A stretch of 63,996 bases of DNA, the filler included, from Stramenopiles sp. TOSAG23-6 (lineage: Eukaryota), in NCBI GenBank assembly GCA_900128565.1. It is 3 parts of 3 records of this genome, joined end to end, with 100 filler letters (N's around TTAATTAATTAA, not from the genome) between each part and the next. Parts side by side here need not be neighbours in the genome. Positions count along the whole stretch, not along the records: positions 50,146 to 63,996 come from LT636157.1; 2 more parts are not named here. One strand, written 5' to 3'. The notes under the pieces are model-generated. The model was given only the letters and a program-made list of their open reading frames with translations, ran no database searches and was not told the DNA's origin. The translations under genes and the position numbers were made by a program. Below are positions 56,243-63,996 of this stretch, in pieces; position 1 is the first letter of the stretch, and every line of letters begins with the position of its first letter.

Positions 56243-59152
56243 ATGAGTAGTGAGAGTCACAAAAAAGATTTGAATAAAAAACAGTCGTCGTTGAGGCTTG
56301 AGGCAATTGGTTTCGGTGCCTCAACTAAAAAAATCATCGGTGCCTCGACTACAACTGCACAATCAACACCAGAGTTGTTGAAATATTCAAGTACAAATAC
56401 TTATAATGAAATTCCTATTTCTTCATATGATATTAAAACTTCTCAAAAAAGTGTAGCACCTCTAGCTTCAATTCAACCAGCTTCATCTACTGTAGAAGTG
56501 TTTGCCAAAAATGGAGGTAAATCAGAGGTAGATTCTAAAGGAAAATATGAATATAGAAGAGTTATAAACAGTACTTTTAAAAAGCAAATTCAAGATGAGG
56601 ATAAAAAAGCTTTTCCGCCATCAAGTGTAGTAGATAAAGAGAAAAAAAATAGATCAAAAACGAGTTTTCTAACAAAACAAACTACACAGAATTCAAAAAC
56701 CACTATTGATAGTACACAAAGAGTAAGTAATAAACAAAAAANAAAACAAAATAATAGTACAATAAAGAATGTAGGTGCTTCTTTTACCCGATCTACAAAA
56801 TCTACAAAATCTAAAAAAATAAATACATTACACCCAAACAATAAAAATCAGAAAAAAATGACTATAAAGTCAAGAAGAAAAACTCTCCGTTTTAACACAA
56901 TGTCGCCAACACCAAGTTTGCAAACAAAAAAGGAAAGAGCTCTTCGGTATGCTAATGCAGCGCAGCAGAGGAAACAAATGCGTTCATTCAAACCATTACA
57001 AAATAAAGATCTTGTTGAAAAAACGGCTCCTCTCCTAAAATCGATTTTAGAACCGAAAATTAAAATATCAATTTTAGAACCGAAAACTAAAACTGTAAAA
57101 AAATCTGATGATATTATCAATTTGAAGGCTGTACATCCAGTGAAAAGTAATTATGTCAATGATTCTATCTCACCGATATATAAAAATATAAAACCAAGTA
57201 TGAGAGGCAGGCAAATTTCATTAGTAGAATCGGGGGATATGTATGTTTTATTTTTTTTTTTTTTTTCGGTAAAAAAAAATCGAATTTATTTTTCGTACGA
57301 AATTTTGTACCTAACATTTTTTTTTTGAAATATTTTCCTACAATAAATACGAAAACAAAATAATTTGTTCTTAGATTTAGATATACTGCGTATTCAGCAG
57401 GAGTATGAAGACAAATTAGAATTAGAAGAGTGTCAACTTTCACCTGGTGGTACGTATAAAGCTGGCCCTGATTGGCGCATTAAACAAGAAGGAATTACAA
57501 ATCCGCCGTCTGGAACCTCAAAGGCTGTACGTCTGAGATATCGTACTGTTTCCGCACGAGCTCGAAGTAGACGAGGCAGTTTAAAGGATGAATTTCTGAC
57601 ATTAACAAATCTTGGTCGGGGTGGTTCTAGTGTTGTATTTAAAGTGATACATGTTCCATCTTTACAAGTTGCTGCAATTAAAAGAATTCGAGTTGGTAGC
57701 AAACAAAAATGTGAAGTTGTTCGACATGAACTTCAGGCACTACATGCTAATATTGTCCCATTGGGAACTGTAGTGACACAGTCACCGTGTCCTAATATAG
57801 TAACATTTCATGATGCTTACACAGATATCCAAGAAATGAGTGTCGGTCTTGTGCTACAATATATGGATGCAGGTTCTCTTCAGGATTGTGTAAATGATTT
57901 TCCCACGACCCGAACTTTAAATGGAAAAATAATTCCAAAACGTCCAGAAGATTGGACCGAAAAATCAATTTCTATAGTTTTATATGGTATTTTGAAAGGT
58001 ATTGAATATTTGCATTCACAACAAAAACTTCATCGAGACATCAAACCTTCAAATGTATTGCTATCATCAGCTGGTGAAGTTAAAGTATCTGATTTTGGTA
58101 TTGCGCGTACTATATCTGAAATATCAAGCGGGGTAAATGACTCTATTTATAATCATAATACTAATAATAGTATCGATACCAAAGAAAGCACAAATAGCGA
58201 TACACTTTCGACTACAAAACTAAATCGACCAAAACAATCTATCTTATCTCTTGAATCAAATAGTTTAGATAGTGTCAATTTTCATGGCCAAAAAACATTC
58301 ACTGGGACAATGCTCTATATGTCGCCTGAACGTCTTGAAGGATTGCATTATTCCTACGCATCCGATATTTGGTCAGTAGGACTAATCATTATGGTCATGG
58401 CATTGGGTCAATTACCTTTTCAGGGAGTCGATGGTTTTTGGGGAATGAAAGAAGCTTTGAAGACATCAAATGGCATTCGGAAGATTGCTGATAAAATGAT
58501 GCAAGGAAAACATTCATTATCATCTGATTTATGTGATTTTTGTAAACAATGTTTGCAAATGGATCCAAATAAACGACCATCAGCAAAGCAACTTTTACAA
58601 CATAAGTTCCTATCATCGGCAGCAAAAGCTACTATAGGGCAGCGTAGGAGAACTGTAAAAAAAATGATAGGTAGTAGGATTCCATCCTATGAATACCGTG
58701 TGAGAGAACTTGAACATATAGCGGATGTAATTGCTCAAGAGTATAATGCACGTCTTCTCCGAAGCCGACCATCATCTGCACCAATACTACCAACTGATGA
58801 TAGGAAAAGTAATCGAATCGCTACATTGAAATCATTACGACATATTCCTAAAAAATTTCCAATTATCAAAACTTCAATAAATAACAACAATACAGATCGA
58901 ACGCCTTCGCCGCCTTCTAGACAAAAATACACACAAAAAAATGAGTATAATAGTTATGATGCCGGTGTTGGGGAATCTGGATTACAACGTCCAGCTGCTG
59001 ATGCAATTGCTCGCCTTGCAGTGCAACTTGGTCTTCCGGTTGAAACAGCACAATTAGTATTTATAGATGCTTTTTCAAAAAATATGAAAGATTCGCGTAA
59101 AACTAAATCTTATTCAACAACTATACGCGCAAAAAAGCAAAGTATTCAATAG
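56243..59152 (+). CDS. MAP kinase kinase (STE7-like) with long basic N-terminus, 2 exons
   Basis: LGRGGSSVV, AIKRI, YMDAGSL, HRDIKPSN, SDFG, TFTGTMLYMSPERL, SDIWSVG. Confidence 0.85.
57241..57348 (+). mobile_element. Introner-like GT-AT intron (AAT end)
   Basis: gatat|GTATGT..TACCTAAC..CAATAAAT|acga; joins the two ORFs in frame; downstream AGs are out of frame. Confidence 0.72.
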
Positions 59153-59215
59153 TAACAGAATAATAATGATATTTTAAATATCTATGTTTTGAAAAAATAA
59201 AAAATATAACTCATT

Positions 59216-60139
59216 TTAGCATATTCCAAATACTTCAGACACTTTGGGTGAATCTGGAACTAGATCTTCTACAGATTTTCGTACTATTTCTCCTGAGCTT
59301 AAATGACTCAATACGTCACATCTTAAAAAATCGTATTCAAAAAGAAAAGACCGTGCGTTAGCAAATGGGGCATGAAGAATTCCCCATTGATCTGTTTGTA
59401 TAACTAAAATAGGTTCGATATTTTTTTTTTTTGTAATTAATATATCTTTTATAAGAAGTACAGTAGCCTCAATTGTGTTTCCATATTCCATCGCTTTTAC
59501 ACATAATGATGTTGAAACTGAACCATCCGAAAATAAGACACCAGCTGCATAGTTCACTGGGTGAATTTTATTCCCTATTACGTTTGTCTCTTGAGCAAGG
59601 CGAAATACACTTTCATATAATTTTAACTCGTCACTTGACTTTGAAAATTCACTAAATTTTTTCATGTTTGATGAAAAATCTATACTAAATAAGACTAAAT
59701 TATTACGATTGATACCATTGTGTACTGAAAGACATGGGTAGAGTTGGCCTAATGTCGTTTCACGTATGGTTGATTCAATAATTTTGTCTTCTTTTGTTCC
59801 TGCCATTACAATTCTGACCTTTGAAGTAAAATGTGGTTGGGATGATAAATATTCTCTACAGAGAAGACCAGGAGTCAGACAATCACTCATATCTGCACAT
59901 AAGTAAATACTACCGATTCGTGCAACAGACCTTTCACGAAGCTGAACGGCTGCACTTCGTTCAGCACAAAGACAACTGCCTATGAAACAACATTCCGAGT
60001 TTGTTCCTGTCGAATATTCCCACTGACCGAGGTTGTCTTGATATGTAATAATACTATATACGCGAAATAAACTTTGAGACGGTGGTGTGATTGCGTGCTT
60101 TCTCTTGGCTGCAATAGTCAGCCATTTTATATCATCCAT
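59216..60139 (-). CDS. Two-domain cytidine-deaminase-like protein
   Basis: P.S.FRV, GTNSE, CAERSA, TPGLLCRE; degenerate second domain. Confidence 0.75.
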   Translation of the reverse strand: MDDIKWLTIAAKRKHAITPPSQSLFRVYSIITYQDNLGQWEYSTGTNSECCFIGSCLCAERSAAVQLRERSVARIGSIYLCADMSDCLTPGLLCREYLSSQPHFTSKVRIVMAGTKEDKIIESTIRETTLGQLYPCLSVHNGINRNNLVLFSIDFSSNMKKFSEFSKSSDELKLYESVFRLAQETNVIGNKIHPVNYAAGVLFSDGSVSTSLCVKAMEYGNTIEATVLLIKDILITKKKNIEPILVIQTDQWGILHAPFANARSFLFEYDFLRCDVLSHLSSGEIVRKSVEDLVPDSPKVSEVFGIC

Positions 60140-60427
60140 GCCAAACGAATATTACTCTATCCATGAAGTCGCCATGAAGTCCTGCAAAACAAAACATTTT
60201 CAATTTGAATCAATCATTCAAATTTAAAAAATTTTTCTGACTTTTGAAAAAAAAGTCAATCACGAAATAAATCCCAAAAAAAGGTACGTTTAAAAAAACT
60301 TAACGTTTTTCACTTTGTTCAAAACTACTACAAACTATTAATATCAACAACGACAAACAGAATGAAAGAGAGAATATAATACTATCCTCGCGAATATAAT
60401 GGATAGGCAGTTATAGTTTTGTCAATT

Positions 60428-63082
60428 ATGGACATTGATAGTAAAGATGCAGTGGTCGAAGACAATACAAATTTGGATGAAATTGAACTTGCCCCTTGGA
60501 CAAGTAAAAGTCTCACTGTTCCAATTCCTATTGTACCAATTAACCAAAGAATGTTCCAAGCGGCTTTAGATGGAAATTCTTTGCAATTAGAGCGACTCAT
60601 TGGTCAACATGGGGGAGATCCATACTTGCGTGATCGCAATGGTTGTACATTGGCGCATTATTCTCTCATGCATCGAGATTCATCACGCTGCGTCGCTATT
60701 CTTAGTGAATATGCGAGTGAAATTTTGGAGTTGAGCGATTCTCGAGGGAACCAGCCACTTCATTATGCTGCGTTACGTGGTTGGACTTATTCTACAAAAG
60801 CACTACTAGAGTGCGCTGTGAATCCACTAGTGGCTAATATGAAAGGTCGAACAGCATTGGGTCTTGCTACAGGAACAGGAAATCAACGTTTAATGCAAGC
60901 CCTTTATAAATACTGCAATTATCGCAATGATTGGGTTTCTCTCCCAGGTGAAATTAATGAAGGACCAACCTCAGAAGACCGCAAATTACAACGAGCACTC
61001 CAAGTAAGTTGGGAACAACGCAAATCTTCAAAACAAAAATCAAAAATGTTTTCCAGAAATCAAAAAAACAAGATGAATGATACTAGTAAACCGTACAAAA
61101 AAGTAGCAGACAAAATATTGAGTGAAGGTCCAGCCGTATGTCGATTATTAAGTGTATGGAATGCAGCGATTGGTAGAGCGTCCTCTAGACCTGTGACTCA
61201 GAGACTTAATATCACACAATTGGCTGCACTTCATGATTGGTCCACTGATGATTCGGATGATGTAAGTGATTATGATGATTCCCAAGAAACGGATACAGTA
61301 CAAGAATCAAATAAAAGACAACTGGAATTGCAGAAGGAGCGTATTGCTCAAGAAATAAAGGCATCACAGGCTGAAATTCAGGCGATTGTATCTCGGAATC
61401 AAAAGCATACAAATAAATCAAATAAGGATGATTCCACAGAAACATGGGGTGATGTTTGGTCGCAGTTGAATGATGAAAGATATTGGGAAGGAGGAGGCGA
61501 AAAATCAAATCTACAACAAAAATCAAAAGTAGGAGAAAAAGATGATGCTGTTAGTACAAATATTCCTGATTCGCTTTTAAAAGTCAATCAGATAATATTT
61601 GTAGATTATGAAAATATTTGGTATGAAGCAACAATAATCAAACTTGATAAAGAGGGTGTAACTGTATCCTATACACAAGATAATTCAATAGAAGTAATAC
61701 CTTCGATGGATTTAATTAAAAGAATTTATAGAGAAAGTGACGATAATATTTCAGCAGACAAAAATGAAAACAAAAATAGTAGTAGCACAATGGTGACTGG
61801 TACCGTGGGAGAACAAAATTCCATAGATGTAAAACAGGGAGGTTACCTATATTTAGTCAGGTCACAGGTTAGAAAATGTCAATGGTTATGGTTTAAGATT
61901 GTAAAAAATAAAGACGATGAAGGCCAATCTCTTGTGACATTTAGCAAAAGTGGAAAAAAGAGACAATTTGATCTCCATACTGGGTTTGAATTACTGCTTG
62001 GGCACTCGGCTTTAGTCTTTCGAAATCAGCAGTTTAATGATGATAATTCTACGCTACCAGCACCCGAACTTTGTTTTGCTTTAGCTTTTCACCCAAAAGG
62101 TTCATCAAGTTCTGAAAAATATAAAACTATTGCACTTGCTGCAGATTCTGAAGCTGAAGCTAAAGTATGGATTAAAGAGTTACAAGCCCTTAGCGCTTCT
62201 CTAATTCCAAATACGATAAAGGCCACGAAAAATGAATCCTCAAATACAAATCGAAAGAATGCAAGCCACCATAAACGAAGTCGATTTTTTGTAGGTCCGC
62301 TCCCTGGTGAAGATGGTTACAATCGTCGACGTAGATATCGACCACATGTAATTAAGAGTCGATTGCATGAAAGTAAAAATAGAAAGGAAGAAAAAGCTAT
62401 TCGTAATATTGTTGGTGCAACTCATAAATTACCAAATAACGTTCCACCTCAGCCTCCAACAACTACATTAATAGAAAATGCTCAACGGACAACATTCTTT
62501 CCTCCACCACCTCCACCAAGAGCAACAAAAACTCCCCCACCACCACCACCACCACAAACGATAATACATATACAAAATACTATGGGGCACTCTTCATCTT
62601 CTTCGCCGCCGCCACCACCACCACCGCCTATTTCAAATAAAATACGCCAAACACAAGATTTTATAAAGTTGTGGAAAAGTGCTAGTGGTGGCAAAGAAAT
62701 AGTAACATACTTATCTTCATGGAGAGTCTCACGTTTAATTAATTCTCTGTGTCTCTCAGGATTAGAATATGCTGTACGTCCGTGGTCAAAACCTTCAGCA
62801 TATGACAAAGGTAATTCTATTTTGCCTGCTTGTCTGGTAGGTCAAAAACAACAATTCAATAATGGGCAAAACTCAATCATGTGGTTAATGTGTGAAATTT
62901 CAAACGTTAAAGATCAATTAGATAAAGTTCGTATACGCTGTAAGTCATACAGCATGATGAATTCATTTCATCACGAATCTGTTCATGGTTCAGACGTTGC
63001 ATTTAGAGCATTGATTGAAGGTATTGTTGTACCTCTTATGCTTGAAGAGCAAACAGAAAGAAAAGATGACGAAGATACTTGA
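60428..63082 (+). CDS. Ankyrin, Tudor-like, PH and proline-rich protein
   Basis: GNQPLHYAA ankyrin, WYEATII, KQGGYL..EAKVWIKEL PH, poly-Pro. Confidence 0.7.
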   Translation: MDIDSKDAVVEDNTNLDEIELAPWTSKSLTVPIPIVPINQRMFQAALDGNSLQLERLIGQHGGDPYLRDRNGCTLAHYSLMHRDSSRCVAILSEYASEILELSDSRGNQPLHYAALRGWTYSTKALLECAVNPLVANMKGRTALGLATGTGNQRLMQALYKYCNYRNDWVSLPGEINEGPTSEDRKLQRALQVSWEQRKSSKQKSKMFSRNQKNKMNDTSKPYKKVADKILSEGPAVCRLLSVWNAAIGRASSRPVTQRLNITQLAALHDWSTDDSDDVSDYDDSQETDTVQESNKRQLELQKERIAQEIKASQAEIQAIVSRNQKHTNKSNKDDSTETWGDVWSQLNDERYWEGGGEKSNLQQKSKVGEKDDAVSTNIPDSLLKVNQIIFVDYENIWYEATIIKLDKEGVTVSYTQDNSIEVIPSMDLIKRIYRESDDNISADKNENKNSSSTMVTGTVGEQNSIDVKQGGYLYLVRSQVRKCQWLWFKIVKNKDDEGQSLVTFSKSGKKRQFDLHTGFELLLGHSALVFRNQQFNDDNSTLPAPELCFALAFHPKGSSSSEKYKTIALAADSEAEAKVWIKELQALSASLIPNTIKATKNESSNTNRKNASHHKRSRFFVGPLPGEDGYNRRRRYRPHVIKSRLHESKNRKEEKAIRNIVGATHKLPNNVPPQPPTTTLIENAQRTTFFPPPPPPRATKTPPPPPPPQTIIHIQNTMGHSSSSSPPPPPPPPISNKIRQTQDFIKLWKSASGGKEIVTYLSSWRVSRLINSLCLSGLEYAVRPWSKPSAYDKGNSILPACLVGQKQQFNNGQNSIMWLMCEISNVKDQLDKVRIRCKSYSMMNSFHHESVHGSDVAFRALIEGIVVPLMLEEQTERKDDEDT

Positions 63083-63172
63083 TAGAAAGTATTGAACATA
63101 TATAAAATGTTTCTATATTTTATACTATTAGATTTATTTACAAATTTCAAATTTACAACACTACAATTAGAA

Positions 63173-63941
63173 TTATGCCCTTCTTGATCTACGCAATGGC
63201 GTACTTCGTTTCAAGCCTTTTTTCTTTGTTATCTTTGTAGTTTTCTTTGACTTCTTGTCATGTGTATCATCTATTATATCCCAAGTAAATTTTTTGGGGT
63301 CAATTATTTTAGCTTTACATACCATCACTGAAGACACGGCATGGCAGTATTGAGCTTCGACACCAATTTCACCACCATCCACTAACTTCCAACGGATACG
63401 ACCACCACGTTGCCCTCGTTTATCGAAATATCCAACAGGTTTTAAAGGTAGTAGTTGACAATGTGGTGGATTACATGCAACATCGTACCTCACAACAAAG
63501 AAATATTTTGGACTAGAGTTACTCGTCATTCGACTCTCAAATGTACTATCACATTGAGATCTAGGCGATAATGTATGTCGCCATGTTACTGGTTTACCTT
63601 GAAGTCTTGCGCGTGTTAGTCGTAGTGGTGCTCCAAGTTGAGCTTTTGAATCAATTCTTACCACTTTATTTAAAAGACGTAACAGCTCCGTTTCTTTCGA
63701 CTTTAACAACGTATCATTTATTTTGCCTGTTTTACTTTTAACTGTATCACCTTTGAAATTGTATTTTTTCTTCAGATTATGTTTTTTGACATACACTTTT
63801 AATGATGTATGCTTCTCTAACTTGCCTCTTTTTCTATCAAGAATTTCTTTATTTCTTTTCGTACTAGTAGTTGTGCGAGTAGTTGACCGAGAGGAGCGAG
63901 TTGTTCGTTTTGACTTTTGTTCCATTTCACTTTTAGAACTT
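63173..63941 (-). CDS. Last exon of a basic hypothetical protein
   Basis: Open frame extending up to an introner acceptor at 63942. Confidence 0.55.
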
Positions 63942-63996
63942 ATGTATTTTGGAAAAATATTTCAAAAAAAAATTCGTTAGGTACAAAATTTCGTAC
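63942..63996 (-). mobile_element. 3' half of introner, truncated at window/contig end
   Basis: GTACGAAATTTTGTACCTAAC..CCAAAATACAT|. Confidence 0.8.

Noticed and set aside
25354-57348. Reading the inserts as AT-AC (U12-type) or TG-CA introns
   Set aside because: The AT duplication makes these registers formally possible in many copies, but AT-AC fails in 6 of 16 (no upstream AT at 32846 and 45223; no AC at 35158, 47487, 47750, 57348), CA fails in 4, and there is no U12 ATATCCT donor.
25356-63996. Ciliate-like IESs (DNA elimination) or plain gene-inactivating MITEs
   Set aside because: All copies follow host-gene orientation and carry donor and branch motifs; host genes are otherwise intact. 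Disfavoured, but not excluded without RNA data.

Overview
AT-rich, gene-dense eukaryotic DNA in the standard genetic code, most likely a flagellated stramenopile (CFAP61 plus a mastigoneme-type EGF protein). It consists of three contigs joined by N-TTAATTAATTAA-N linkers (25031-25130, 50046-50145), with fold-back inversions typical of single-cell amplification. About 30 genes are present, including MARCH6, CFAP61, a SUN protein, a Reeler-DOMON-ferric reductase, an aspartic protease, TANGO6, CDK5RAP1/MiaB, a CECR2-like bromodomain protein, an MBD protein, CARNMT1, otubain, a SagB-like protein, P5C dehydrogenase and a MAP2K. Main discovery: every interruption of a gene that I can resolve (16 complete, about 5 partial) is a ~90-200 nt insert, most belonging to one introner-like repeat family. 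Each lies in the host gene's sense, with a spliceosomal donor (GTAYGT) and a branch-like CTAAC, but ends in AT (mostly CAT), not AG. Removing them as GT...AT restores conserved motifs such as the radical-SAM CxxxCxxC, whereas nearby AGs usually break the frame. The elements carry short terminal inverted repeats and an AT target-site duplication. This suggests a transposon-derived GT-AT intron system. RNA evidence is needed to confirm it.
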